DNA from: Psammoneis japonica
Lineage: Eukaryota
Reading direction: 5' to 3'
Length of the DNA: 64,000 nucleotides
Assembly: GCA_008632985.1 (NCBI GenBank)
Contig: QPGO01000007.1
Span: forward strand, 124,001-188,000
The translations under genes and the position numbers were made by a program. The notes beneath the pieces are model-generated. The model ran no database searches. It was not told the origin of the DNA and was given only the letters and a program-made list of their open reading frames with translations. Below, piece after piece: positions 1 through 13,800 of this stretch. Position 1 is the first letter of the stretch. Every line of letters starts with the position of its first letter.

Positions 1-480
1 GCAACTCCTCTTCACCACTTGTCTTCTTGTTTGTTGTTGTTGCTCCCTTTTTTGTGTGGGGGCAGAATGAAGCCCACTTCTTGACAGCGGTGTTCTGAGA
101 AAGAAAAATTCCTCAGCAGCTGGCAAGCAAGATGACATGTGTGCAGAACAGCTGTTGTGAGCAAGGCTCAAATCAGTGACTGCAAAAAAAGCAATTTGTG
201 GATGTGAGGCAGCTGCATTTGTTGTTGATGCTCTCACATCATGGCTGCAGTTTGTGAGCACTTGTTGCAAAGTTGTTGATGCTCAGCTGTGCCTCAACAA
301 CACATTTGGCAGGTGGTTTGTGTGCTCATGAAGACAGACAGTGCACTCAGCAAAGGGCCTCAGTTGTTGGTGAGACACACATCATCTCATCAGCCAACCT
401 CTTGAAAGAGTGCATGGAGCTTCAATCTGGTCATTTGCATTTAATGTCATGTGCTCGGAGTGGGGCCAAAGCCAAACTTG
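1..480 (+). repeat. Decayed duplicate of 6600-7140 (part of a segmental duplication of the RME-8 upstream region)
   Basis: Collinear matches such as ggcagaatgaagcccacttcttg (61) vs ggcagaatgatgaagcccacttcttg (~6653), and gttgttgatgctctcac/tgtcatg...ctgcagtttgtgagcact in both copies. Confidence 0.85.
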
Positions 481-1399
481 GCAAAGCATTGAGTGTCTCA
501 CTCCACTCTGCACACTTGCTTCATTTGACACTCTCTCAAGCATGTGATCTTGGATTGACCCAGAGGCTCAGTGGGCTGGGCTGCATCTTTGTGCATGCAG
601 GACCCAAGAATGAGAAAGACAAAGCACCCATCTTTTTGTTGTTGGGCCCCCAATGTTGCCATGGGTGCTTTCTTCTTTTGGTTGCAGAGCTTCTGTGCAA
701 TCTTTTCTTCCACCACCTCTGCTTTTGTGGAAATGTTTGGGGCAGCAGCGGCACACCAGTGCAGGTCATGACCATGCAGTGGCTCAAGGGTGGCACTCAG
801 TGAGGTGTGGCTTTTTGAAGGAAAAGCTTGGTGGTGAAAAAAGAGCCCAAAAGAAAGAGTGCCAGAGTCTCAGTGCTCAGTTTGCAGGTGAGCCCAGAAA
901 ACAGAAATGCCACCACTGGTGCCAACAAGTCATTGGGTCAGTGCCTCAACTGGGGGTTGCTCTCCAACAATGTGCTGTCCCAGTGGCCCACTTCTGCTTG
1001 CACCAAGCAAGCTGCTTTTCCCACCTGACAGCTGCTGCTTGCTCTCCAAAAGCACCAGCCCTTCTTGGGTTGGAGACAGATGAGGGGTTGAAGGGAAAAA
1101 TGCTGTGGTGTGCATCCATGTGGCACCGTCCACTTGTCACCACTCACAGAGTTGTTGGGCCAAAGCAAATCCAGTGGCTGCCATTTTTGGATTTGCTGCC
1201 AGTGTTCCAACACCAGCTGTCCACAAGCATTGTCAGTGCTTGAGAAGTCAAATGCTCAAATCATGTGCAACTCTGGGAAGTGGGACAGACTGAGAGACCC
1301 AGTGGCGGGCAATGGCACAATGCCCTCAACATTCTGTGCCTGTTTCAAAGCACTTTTCCATGTCCAATTGACCAAACAAGGCAAAGTGCATTTGTTGCA

Positions 1400-2400
1400 A
1401 GACTTCTCACCTGTGCTCCACAGCAGCTTCACAGGTCATCCAGCAGAGCCACCAGCTCCATCATTGAGCACCTGAAAGAGCCAAATGACAAGTGCTTGCA
1501 TTGCTTGTTGCTTGTGCATCATGTGCCTTTGAGTCAAGGGTGTTCTGTCCCACACCTGGCACAGTTTGCTCTGCCTGGAAGAGACCAGCCATGACAGAGA
1601 CACACTGCACATGACCTGCACTGAGCAGAAATTTCTCTGCACAATGTCAGTCAGTGCATTTGACAAAAAGGAGAAACAGGTCACAGTGGGTGTGTCAGCA
1701 AAGATGAGATCACAAAGGAGCTGGGTAATCACCAGAGGCATCTGCAAAAGTCTGTGAGTGGCAGCAATGCCAACTCAGCATGTGGGTGAAACTCAAAGGC
1801 CTGGTTCAAAGCCATGATGTGGCCCTGCATGACCTCTCCAAACTCAGTCAAAGAAAAAGAAGAAGACAGCCTGCTGGCATTTGTTCAGTGTTTCCTTGGG
1901 TGTGGATCTCATGGACACTTCCATTGGGAAAAGGGAGAAACAAATCAACCATGAAAAGACAGAACTCACCAACATGCTTTTGGTTTGATTCAGTGCACAA
2001 TGGCTTTGTTGCTGCTTTCCACCACCATGTGCAGAAGTTGCTCTCTGTTGGAGGAGCCTGCTGGCACAGCTGGGTGCCACATCATTTCCCTCAGCCAGAC
2101 AGTCACCAGGGGGTCACCTTGTGGCACCACATTGTGCATTTCTTCTGTCCTGTTGCAGTGCAGTGGCCTGCCTTCATCCAGAACAAGGTGATCTTTTCTT
2201 GGGAGCCTTCTTGCTCAAAGAGTTGATTGCTGAATGACGGCATGGTCATGCACAATCCAGCATGCTTGCATGCAAAATTTTTCATTCCCACAAGGCTGCC
2301 AAATCCATCACTCAGATCCAAACCAGCAAACTTTCCCAAGGTCAAAAAGCAACAGCCCTCCATCAAAAGGTGCAGTGCTGTCACCATGGCATCAACCCAC
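1400..2400 (-). mobile_element. Possible heavily decayed Ngaro/DIRS-like RT-RNase H remnant
   Basis: Minus-strand LDLSDGF..LV..NFAC resembles DLSDGFWR..NFAY of these RTs. FADASG and WDRTP downstream loosely resemble RNase H motifs. Very degenerate. Confidence 0.3.
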
Positions 2401-3659
2401 CAGACATGCTGGTCTGATCTTTGACAGGAAGATTTGCCAGCAGTGCACATCACCAGGGGCCCAGTCTGGAAATGACATTCCAGGATGACACCCAGTCAAA
2501 GAGCTTTTTTGGCACAGAGCTTGTTGTTTGTTGTTGGCCATGCCACAATGTGCATGACACTCCAGCTTGTCACCTGGAGTGCAAAGACTCTTGTGCTTGG
2601 TGGAGGCCACAATGCTTGGCTCAAAGACCCAAGTGTCACTCAGAAGCTCAGCACCAATGCAACCTTTGTGCTCTTCATCCCTGGCCATGACTTTGGTGCA
2701 TTCCTGCTCATTGACAGTTTTGCTCTTGAGACCTTGAAGAAAGATGGCATCCCAGACAAAGACAGGCACATTGCTGGGGTTGACAAAGAGTGCTTCTTTC
2801 TCTTTGCTGCAGCAGCTTTCATGTGATGAAGGCCCGCTTTGGCATGATGGGAGTGTGGGCCACCAGCGGGGCAAGTGTGAGGGTGGGTGGGAGTGCAAGG
2901 CCCCTGTGCCACAGGGCTGTCTGACAAGAAGTGACTGTGCTGCATTTGGAGAACAACAAGTCCATTGCCAGCAATGGCCATCTCCTTGGCCATCACCACA
3001 TTCCTCCATGGCCTTTTGATGCAGCCGCCGGGCACATGGCAGGCTTCAAAGACATGGCACTTGTGGCACTGCTTTCAGACTTTCTTGTCTGTGCTGGAAG
3101 AGGGCACAACAGTGGAGTTGTAAGAGCATTGTGGTGTGCTTGCTCTCTTGTGTCTCACAGCCCTCCTCTTGTTCCCAGCCTGGGCCAGGGCCCTGGCCAT
3201 GCAATTGTTGGTCTCAATTTTGTGCAGGGGAAAATGCCAAATGCTGTGATGGGTGGTGGAGCAGTGGGCAACATGTTGAAACATCCAGAACAAGCAGGCT
3301 GTTGAAGAGAAGACTCACTTTGACTCCTGACATTTTGGATCTGGTGACACCTTGCATGCAAATGCACACTCTCATCAGAGATCTCACCAACCTTCTTTTT
3401 ATCTCACTCTTGAGAGTGAATCATCTGGTTTGTGCAAATTGTGTTTTGCTTTCAGTGGGTGCCTGTTGTGCTGCAAGAACAAAGTTCGTTGAGGACTTGT
3501 TCCAGGCAAACCACAGGAGCCACCACAGCAACCACGACAAGCATGACAAGTGGTGCAGGAAACCATGCAGGATTTCCTTTTGGCAACATTGACTTGTCAG
3601 TTCAACACAATGCAAAAAACATGTGCACATTGCACATGCATGTGTGGACAACAAGAAGT

Positions 3660-4040
3660 GTGTGCCACCAGCTTGCCAAACTCATTTTGGTCACACCATT
3701 GAGCCACCCCGGAGCAAGAGCCCATGAGAAAATGGCATCCCTGATCAGTGAAATGAACCAAAATGTTTGGATGGGCCATTGCATGCATGAAAACATTTGC
3801 AAACAAACACAGCATGCTGTGAAAACTTCTGCACCACATGACAGGCAGACAACAAGGCACAACATCAACTCTGCACACACACCTGAGACACTGACAAGCC
3901 CCCCCCCATGCTTGCTGCAGGGGTGAGGTGTTGACAAGACAAAAAGAAATGAAGTTGAGTGCACACCATTGGAGTGCCTCAGTCAAAAATGAAGTTTTGT
4001 GTTCATCATCTCTTGTTCTGATGATCAAATGATGTTTAGA
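3660..4040 (+). repeat. Decayed duplicate of ~7210-7590 (RME-8 upstream region)
   Basis: caccattgagccacccc.gagcaag.gcccatgag.aa.tg.cat.cctgatcagtgaaa is present at ~3695 and ~7246, and gtcaaaaatg.agtttt at ~3982 and ~7535. Confidence 0.85.
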
Positions 4041-4099
4041 AGCTGAGTGCTCAATCTTGTTGCTCCAGAATGCCAGACAAACTGGCCCAGTGGACAACA

Positions 4100-4640
4100 C
4101 CTCAACGTTCCACACTTGCTTCAAAAAGCATTTTTTCATGTCCAATCAACCTCGCATTTATGGCAACACTGTCCCCACCTGCCATGCTCCACAGCAGATG
4201 CACAGGTCCACCATCTCCATGTCAAGCACTGATGGTCATTTGCTTTTCCTGGGTTCAGCCCCAGAATCCTTGTTCACTTTTGAGCTCCAGAAAGCTGATC
4301 CTGTGTGTCCCTTGACCACAGAGCTCTGGCACATTTCAACAGAAGCTCCAGCAAGTTGTGTGCATTGCACCCCTTTTGTGAGCCCAATGAAAAGAACAAA
4401 CACAGCAGGCTGCCATGGCTGCTTGCACAGTTGTTTGGGACCCTTCATTCATTGGCCACCCTGCAAAGTTCAAATTGTGTGATTGAATGCTTCGCTGCCT
4501 CTGCAACAAAGGTGGGTTTTAAAAACCCAGTTGAGTGTCTCCATGGCAGGGTGCATTGGCCAATTGCAAAAGGAAGGGCTTCCTGCAGGTCCAGATTGTG
4601 ACATTGTTCCACTGAAGGTGATCTGATGTTCCAAAACACT
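4100..4640 (-). mobile_element. Possible decayed Gypsy-type integrase fragment
   Basis: HPAMETLNWVFKTHLCC and GPKQL...PWQPAVFVLFIG resemble the HPG zinc finger and PW..VAVDLIGP of Gypsy integrases. Frameshifted. Confidence 0.3.
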
Positions 4641-4883
4641 GCAAGTGGTTGGAAGACCCATCACCTGAATCATCCACTTGTTTGTCCCAAGCTCAAAACA
4701 CCATGCTGGTGCCTTTTGTGGTGGGGCTGCTGCTTTTGTTGGTGGTGAGATGGGAGACTCTCATTGACCAGGACAAAGACCCCACTTGTTGTTTTGTGCA
4801 CTTTGCCCCAGTTGTCCTGCAAGAGGGACAACCCATCTGCACAGAATGAGGAGTGCTGGCAAGGTTTTTCAGAGACCTGCTGT

Positions 4884-5585
4884 GACAGTGCTGAGTGATG
4901 ATGCAATGCGTGTTGCTTGTCTTTTTTTCTTCTTTGTGCTGGCTGCCAATGCTCTGTCCCATTGTCTCTGATCTTGTGTCTCTGTGTGTTGGAGAGTGCA
5001 AGGAAGGGAACTTGGTGGTGGATGTGAAGAGTTTTGTTTTTGTGGCCAGCACACAAAAGTCAAAAGACCCAGCAACTCCAGCAAGAAGCAAGAAGATGAG
5101 ACAAAGATCCACCAGCACTCCTGTCATTGTCCCAAGAATGCCCACTGTCACAGCACAGGATTGGGCAATGGCAAATGCACTGACACTGAGTTGCCAGAAT
5201 TTTCATGAGCAGTTTCTTGTGTGGAAATCACATCAGACAATGCTGAGTGATGATGCAACGCATGTTGCTTGTCTTTTTTCTTCTTTGTGCTGGCTGCCAA
5301 TGCTCTGTCCCATTGTCTCTGATCTTGTGTCTGTGTGTGTTGGTGACTGCAAGGGAATTTGGTGGTGGATGTGAAGAGTTTTGTTTTTGTGGCCAGCACA
5401 CAAAAGTCAAAAGACCTGGCAACTCCAGCAAGAAGCAAGAAGATGAGATGAAGATCCACCAGCACTCCTGTCATTGTCCCAAGAATGTCCACTGTCACAG
5501 CACAGGATTGAGCAATGGCAAATGCACTGACACTGAGTTGCCAGAATTTTCATGAGCAGTTTCTTGTGTGGAAATCACATCAGAC
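4884..5585 (+). repeat. Tandem duplication, two units of ~352 bp, each carrying a decayed copy of the RME-8 5' leader
   Basis: Units start gaca(g/a)tgctgagtgatgatgcaa at 4884 and 5236. Both end ...gtggaaatcacatcagac. Confidence 0.9.
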
Positions 5586-6122
5586 TACAACCAGCAGCAG
5601 CAGCTGCTGTCACCAACTTTGCTTGCAAGCCAATCTGCCACCACAGCCAACCAGAAACAGCCACCTCTTCACCAGCAATGTGAGCAGTGCACACTCAACA
5701 GCAGCCAATGTCATGTCAGCAACAGCATGGCAGACAATGTGTCAGCAGCAGCTGCTCACACACTGTGGCAGCAGCAGCAGCCAAAAATGCACCACCAGCA
5801 ACTGTGGCCAGTGCAAGACTCAGAGTTGTCTTTGGAAGAGTCAGAAAGCAGTGGTGCTGCAGAATCCTCAGAGAGTGAGCATGCACATGACAGACCACTT
5901 TCACAGCTTAGAAACTTGGGTTGAGACTCAAATCTGTGCTGGCATCTGCACTGGTGGAAAGAATCTTGGACTCACTTCTGCTCCAGCAATGACCAAGTTG
6001 CACCAGCAAGAGCAACCACACATGCTCTTGAGGACAAAGCATCTGTTCCATCAGCCCCAAGTGACAAACTGTGTTTCTTGTGTGGTGAACAGGGTGTGCT
6101 CTGCTCTTGTGTTGGCACAAGG
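5390..6122 (+). pseudogene. Truncated, hypermutated copy of the RME-8 leader and first ~200 codons (source ~7620-8402)
   Basis: Translation EESESSGAAESSESEHAHDRPLSQLRNLG vs intact EESEGSSTTESSESEHAGDGPLSQLGKLG. DNA stays collinear to ctcttgtgt...acaagg. Frameshifted. Confidence 0.9.
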
Positions 6123-7804
6123 GTGTGGCACAAGGGTGACTTCTGCCTCCCCAGCATCTCAATGGAAAGCATGGTTTGATGTCATGGCAATGCAATGCAA
6201 ATGTCATGAAATGTTTGTGTGTGTGTTGTTTCACTTTTAATTTGGCAACGCATGTGATGGTGTCTCATCACACATCATCACAACCACATCACATGGTGGC
6301 ACCACATGCAAACACCAGGTGGAAAAAAGTGTGTGATTGAATGAAAAACAGGGCACACCATACCTGGCAGACTGCTGCAGAAAACAAACCTGCTGGACAT
6401 TGCCCTTGTCAGCTTTGGCTGGTGCAGCATTCCTTTTTTGCTCCTTTGTCTGAGAAGTTGAAAATGACTCTTGAACTCCAGCACATGGGAACTCACACAG
6501 GTTGAAGCTGTGCTGGCTGCTTGAACTCAAGATTCTGTGCCACAGTCACAACCAACATTTCTCAGCAATGTTGGGTGTCATGCAAAGCTGAAAATCAGCC
6601 ACTCCTCTCCACCCCTCTTCTTGTTTGTTGTCACTTCTCATTTTTGCATGTGGGCAGAATGATGAAGCCCACTTCTTGTGAGCAGCATCCTAAAAAAAGT
6701 CAACAGCTGGCAGGCAGGATGATGTGCCCAGCTTTTGTGTGCAGAGCAGCTGTTGTGTGCAGCTTTTGTGAAGCAGAACAGCTGTTGCACACAAGGATCA
6801 AATGGGTGGCTGCAAAAAAGGGTGATTTCTTGTGAGCTTGAAACAGCTGCACTTGTTGTTGATGCTCTCATGTCATGACTGCAGTTTGTGAGCACTGGCT
6901 GCAAGTTTTTTGATGCTCAGGAGCTGTGCCTGAACAACACACATTGGCAGGTGGTTTGTGTGCCAATGAAGACATGCATCGCACACTCTGCAAAAGTGCT
7001 CCTTCACTTGTTGGCAACCAGGCATCATCTCGCCAGCCAACCTCTTGTTGGCAGAGTGCGCAGAGCTTCAATCTGGTGTCAGCTGCATTTGATGTCTTGT
7101 GCTTGGAGTGGAGAGCCAGCCAAAACCAAACATGGCAAATGCCATGATGGGTGGTGGAGTGATGGGCGGTGCGAAAGATGTGCACAACGTGTTGTGCACG
7201 TGTGTGTGAACAAATGCAAAGTCGCCAACCCAAACTCACTCCGATCACCATTGAGCCACCCCTGAGCAAGTGCCCATGAGGAAATTGCATTCCTGATCAG
7301 TGAAACTGAAAATAAACCAGAATGTTTGGACAGACCATAGATTGTGAGATTGCCGCCAAGTTAATTGCATGACTGTCAAAACTTCTGTACTATGACAGGC
7401 AGACAACAAGGACAGCATCAACCCAACAACACACACACCCGAGACACTGACAAGACAACCCCCCTTGCTTCGGGGTGCGAGGTCTTCACAATAGATAAGA
7501 AAAAATAGTACACAATTGAATGGGTAATGCCTTAGTCAAAAATGTAGTTTTATATTCATTATGTTTTTTCGAATAATCAAATGATTATTTTTCCGTAAGA
7601 CGTCGATCTTGATCGTGTCGGCGGCACAAAAGACCGGGCGACACTGAACACGGACGAGCAACAGCAAGAAGACGTGACAAAGATCCACAAGCACTCCTTT
7701 CGTTGCCCCAAGAGCGCCCGCTGTTACAGTACAGGATTGGGCAACGGTGAAAGCGCCAACGTTGAGTTGCTAAAGTCTCTTAAGCGGTTTGTTGGGTGGA
7801 AATC

Positions 7805-7814
7805 ATGTCAAGCA

Positions 7815-7862
<48 letters not shown>

Positions 7863-10800
7863 CGCCGCCTCTACAACCTTCATTCGTGAATCAACCTACC
7901 ACCGCGGCCAACATGCAGCAACAACCGCCTCCTCAACAGCAAGATCAGCAATACATGCAGCAGCAGCAGCAGCAGCAGCAGCAAATGATGTACCAGCAGC
8001 AACAACTTATGCATGATCAGCAACAGCAGCAGCCGATAATGCACCCTGAACAGCACCCGAAGGTGAACCCTCAATTCCAACAACAGACGCACCCTATACA
8101 AAATTCAGAATCGTCGTCGGAAGAATCGGAAGGCAGTAGCACTACGGAATCCTCAGAGAGTGAGCACGCTGGTGACGGGCCTCTCTCACAGCTCGGGAAA
8201 CTCGGTTTGAGATTCAAATCTACACCGGTATCTGACGGACAGAATCTTGGATTCACTCCTACTCCAGCCATGATCAAGTCTCACCAGCAAGAGCAATCGC
8301 ATACTCTCGAGGGTGAATCGGAACGCCCGCTCTATCAATTTCAAGTGACAAAATTACGTTCTTGGCGAACGGGATACGTTCGGCTCTTGTGTCTGTACAA
8401 GGATCGTTTCTGTACCTTCGATCCAGACTCGCATCAAGTGACAAACACATGGCCATACTCCGGTTTGACGGAATGGTTGGTACTGCCCAAGGAAAAGGAC
8501 ACCATCCTGATACAGGCCAATGCCGACAAGCTCAAGTTCAAGTGTGAAAACGTTCGAGCGTCCCTCGTCCTGACGGCGTTGCTCGAATGCAAAATCAACA
8601 GCGAGGGAGGCAAAAGCACAGAGCCGTTTCCACTCTTTACGTCTTGTGTCCGCCAAACACGGCACGCAACACGCATTCCCGTGGCACTCGAGGTGGCGCC
8701 CCACGGCCTGGTGGAGCGTCATGTTGCCACTCGCCAAGTGATTCAGACCTATCTCTACAGAGACGTCGCGTCGGTCGCACTCACGTCGGACGACACGAGT
8801 GGACTCGAAATTCGAATGATGTCACCACGATTGATTCCGAAATCTCGACTCTACTTTTGTCAAACAAGTACTGGTCGTCAAGGACGAAGTGAGATTGTCA
8901 CGCTTATGCGTGAGAATTTCGAAGTGCTAGGTTTGGAGCTGCAGATGAGTGAAAGCCGAACGGCACAAGCTTGGATGGATCAACGTCATGCTCTCGGAAA
9001 AGAAGCTGGTCCAATCGTGGCATCGTGGAATGTCACCAAATCCACAAGGCGTCATGATGCTTCCATCGTTGGACCGGATCAGGGATGGACTGGTGGAACC
9101 GTGTCGAGGCGGTTGGCCATTACCGGTCGTGCGTGTTTGATGGAGATGGATTCCGGTGGTGTCGTTTCTTGTCGTCGTCTCGCCGACTTGCATGCGTTGG
9201 TGCGACACCGGAGCGATGAAATCACATTGGAATATGTCAGTGGGAGTCATCGAACCTACACGTCGTCGAACCGTGACGCCTTGTTGGTTTCAATCTTGGA
9301 TGCAGCCACAACTCGTGGAATGAATCCCACAGTGCATGTGACAGACGTGACGAGTGGAGGGTACTGCCTGACAACCTTTCATTCCATGGAGTTTAACTCT
9401 TCCATTGCACCACCAAAGGCGACCTCGGGTATATTCCATGCGATATCCATCCCGATTCACTGTCTCAAGCAACTCCACGCCGTCTCGACAGCCACGTACG
9501 CTTTCTTGGCGCACGGTTCAGAGTCGTCGTTGCACGCGGGAGGGCCTCTCAAGGTTGTAGGAGAATGCAGCAGGGTGCTGGAGGCCTGTCGTGAGTTTAA
9601 TGCCAGCGTTCCTCCCACTGGAGAGGGACTACCAGCTTCGCTGACAGACAAGCTAATTCTGGGAAGCGCCGGTGCGTTGTGGGGTATCATTTCGAAACTT
9701 CTGCACCGCAGTCCTTCGCAAGACGGTCGCACGGAAAACAGCCGCGACTGGCATCAAGCGGAACTGATTGCCTGTCCCATCTTTCAGGCTCTCTTTCGGT
9801 TGACACAGACACCAGCCGGTTACAAGGGATCGGTGGAGCTGACGACTATGCAGGCATGCATTCCACTTCTGCTGGGCCTCGACGATGATTTTTGCCAGTT
9901 CTGGGCGTTGCGTGTGCTTGGTGTCATTATTTCCGGACCCGTGGCCGCTGACGAGCGTGATAGAGAGATTGAATATGTAAACAAAAGCGTAATATTGAGG
10001 TCTGGTGGGGAGAGTATGGTCGAGGGCCTGGTGTCCACTCTGCTAGATCCCGGTTCGAAGCAACCTGGTGGACAGGAACAAGTTTCCGACTTGATTCTAA
10101 TGGTAACAAGCGATATACTTCAGAGCGTCTTGTGCTCTCACCATGACACGACTACCCCAGAACATTTTCAGCGCTTTATCGATGCGTTGGCAAAGCGGTA
10201 AGTCTCTTTGTTCCCTTGTGCTACTATGTTAATGCTTGTTGCAACTCACTCGAGCACACCATCTTTATCTTTCAGTCACCGCGCACTTCTTACGGCATTG
10301 ATGGCTACAACCCCATTCATCATTGAGAATACAGCGTTACTCCTTCATCTACTGACGACGCATGCACCTCACACTTCGACCGCCATTAGGGATGCAGCTC
10401 TGAGTTCCGGGATTTTGTTGCAGCATTTCTATGCGGCCAATTTCAGTCCATTAGAAGGTCAGCGATTCTTGAGTCGTTATCTTTGTAGTGTTTGGTTATC
10501 AGGACCAATGGAGTGTGACGAGAAGAGGTTGCTAAAGAGGATGGTTCCAACGGGTTTCCTTGGCTATCTGAAGATGCCTCCGCTGAGCCGAATGGAAGAA
10601 GAACAGCTAGATGCGCTGGAGCGAGATGCAACTGAGGAAGGGGTTGCAGAGAATGACCAGCATACGACAGACGATACAAAACCCGACTCTTCGGCGTCTG
10701 GAACTAACACGGCGCGTCTCAGATCTAGAATAGCTGTTGCTACCGCGAATGCACCGGGAGACGCTACCCCGGAGAACTTTCGTATCTTCTTCCATGTTCT

Positions 10801-13800
10801 GACAAAAGATCATGCTCTTGCAGATTTGATTTGGAATCAACAGACTCGTCGGGAACTTCGTATTGCTCTGGAAAGTGAAATACAGTCAGTTAGACGGGCT
10901 ACCGAAGCTCGTGGAGGCATCGAGAGGATTGCTTGGAATCACCAGCAGTTTACAGTGCAGTATCCTTCGTTGAGGGACGAGGTCCAAGTTGGCAGTGTCT
11001 ACATGCGTTTATGGCTACAAGCAGGTGACGCGTTTATCAAGACTTGGGAAGAACCTGTTAGATTGTTTGAGCTTTTGTTTCGGCGGTTCCTGTGCGAAAT
11101 CGACCGCAACGCTACGGTACGTGCATGCTAAGAGTTGGCGTCTTTCAGAAGCACAGTTTTCTTATGTATTTGATCCTCTTCGTGGATTGCAGGTGACCAT
11201 CATGTGCATAAGGTGCCTCGAGAGGCTCTACGCGATTCATTCCTCGAGTATTGGGACCTTTTCTGATATTATGATCTTGGTTCATTCCATGGCGACCACA
11301 AAGAGTACAGAAACACAACACCGGCTCCTCGGTCTTCTTTCTACACTTCTTGGCGTTTCTGCGGATGAAGAGAAATACGGCATTATCAATATACCTGGGA
11401 ATGCAGAGCAGCTTTTAAATGCTGAAAGCATGAGTCAACTCTGCCAGTTCGTTGCGTGGGGACACACCAATGGATTACAAGTAGGAAATCTACTGGCGAA
11501 AGTGCTGGGTGACTCAACAATAGGGAATCCAAGCATGTTGATAACTGATGGTTCTAGTTCGGGCCCCGCAGGAAACGCTTCGGAGCAGAGCAGATCTGTA
11601 GAATCTAAGAAGCAAAAGGCGGCAGACGCGCAATGCCCGCCTGTCTGGTTCGTAGCATCAACCGGAAGAATCCCGCCGCCTCCAGAAACGGTTCGCGGTC
11701 CTTTCCGAGTGTCTGAGTTAATGGGAATGATGCAAGAAGGGGATATTTTCCCGCATTCTCTCGTATCCGCATCTCATGTCGAAGTGTACGACGATGAGGA
11801 GGAGCCAGAGACTACAGGGTCGTCTAGTGTCCGTGAAGCACAGATTGACACCGGCAAATGGCGCATGATCGAACAAGTTTGGCAGCTACGTTGGCAGCTT
11901 TGCACGGATGGTGGCAGCAAAGGTGTTTACGACCCATCAGAAGTCGCTCTAATGGCCCTGCGATCACTTTCCAGGCTTGTCGATTTGCACAAAAGTGTGG
12001 ACACACGTGGAGTACCTTACTATCCGATTCCGATTGCAAAGCGGTTGCTTTGCGGACAAAGTCGTGAATTGTCAACGTTTGGTAATTCTGATGCAGAGAG
12101 GGGCATGTTTGACGCAGGTGTGGTTATTGATCAGCGAGACTCCCTCGCTATTCTATGTCAGAGTCTACTTTGCAATGACCATCGAGCAGTGGATGCTGCA
12201 GCTGATTTGCTCTGCAAATTGATGGAATACAACAACGAAGCCTGCTCTAAGCTATACCTTACGGGAGTTTTTCTGTTTGCATGCTGCTACACCGGTAGCA
12301 ACTTCCATCGTCTGGGAAAGCTACTCCATGCTACTCACTTAAAGCAGCATTTTCGCTCCGGTTTTGCAGCAGCTGCGAGGGAGGAGGATCTGCCTATGAA
12401 AGAGAGGAGTATCCTTGGAAACATGCTTCCTGAAGGGTTGCTCTTCATGCTCGTGAACTATGGTTACGAAAGATTTACGGAAGTCTTTGTTGGTTCTTTT
12501 GACACCCCAGAAGTAATATGGAACTTTGAAATGCGAAAGCACCTTGTAGAAATGATCCGCCAGCACCTTGGTGACTTTCCAAAACGATTGTGGCAGAATA
12601 CTACGACGAAATACGAGTATTGTCCATTCCCCGGTGTTGCCTACAAAAAGCTGGAAAGGGAGATTTTCTGCCATAACTATTACCTTGCGAACCTTTGCGA
12701 TGAAGCGCGATTTCCGGACTGGCCTGTGGCCGAACCAGTGGAAGTATTCCGGGCTTGTCTGGAGGAGTGGAAGCAGCAGATGAATCGCGACGAAGCAAAA
12801 GAAGAAGACGCCCTGGAAGAGGCGCGAAAGGTACTTAGTCTCAACACTGGTGACGGGGGTCGAGAGCTTCGTCGGGCGTATCGAAATCTAGCAAGGTAAG
12901 ATGTCTCGTACATATCGTTTTCCCTTTTGGGTGTGTGCGTTACTTACATTATGGCGCGATCTTTTCGTTAGGAAATTTCATCCTGACAAGGTACGATGTC
13001 TAGTACACAATGTTACCCCTTTGGTTGTGTTCGTGTCTCAAATACCTCCCCTTTTCATTTGACAGAACCCCGCAGGTCGGGAAATGTTTGAGGCGGTTCA
13101 ATCTGCGTACGAGCTGTTGCTACCAATTGTCGAAGGCGGAGCAACAATTACGGCTACAACATCGGGAAGCGAATCCAATGAAGATGAGGCTGACAACAGT
13201 ACAGATTGGCTTGGAGGGGGCCGAGCTCAAATGCAGTCTATGCATCTTCTGATTAAGACGCAGGTGCTGCTCTGTAGGCGATATGCCAAGGAAATAAGCA
13301 AGTACAAGTACCCAGCGTATGGAATGCTTCTTTCTTGCCTCGACATACCCTCCTCATGCCATACGGCCGACACTACCGGTAACGGTGACCACGGGACAGT
13401 ATTTTCGTCTTGCTTGTTGAAACCCAGTAGAGCCAGTTTCGTCCAGACAGCCGTGGAGCTGCTGTACCAAACTTGTTTGGTGTCTCCTTTAAATGCCGAG
13501 GAGCTTATTCTCGAAGGGGGGATCCGTGTTCTCGATTCCCTCCTCGACTTTTATACTGGCGTTGCGTGCCTTCTATCTGATGGAAAACAAAGAAAGGAAC
13601 TGTCTCGTGATTCGAAGCATGCCATCGCATCGAGTAAGGCTGTCCTTGATATTATTTCTCATGCTGTTCACACGATCGCAGGGATAGCATTCTATGAAAA
13701 CGGTAGGAAGGCAATTCTTTCACTCGACGACCCAGCTCGACTATGCGTCAACTGGAGAAAGTGTGTTGACGGAAGCTTAGTGGTGCAAACGAGTGGAAAC

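Noticed and set aside
273..7290. Dozens of Cys/His-rich ORFs as real genes (same for 20.8-46 kb and 48.7-57 kb)
   Set aside because: Tyr-free, overlapping in all frames, and located in decayed repeats.
1..7300. Classical fungal RIP or plain CpG deamination as the full explanation
   Set aside because: RIP raises TpA and lowers CpA/TpG, the opposite of what is seen. CpG deamination cannot remove TpA.
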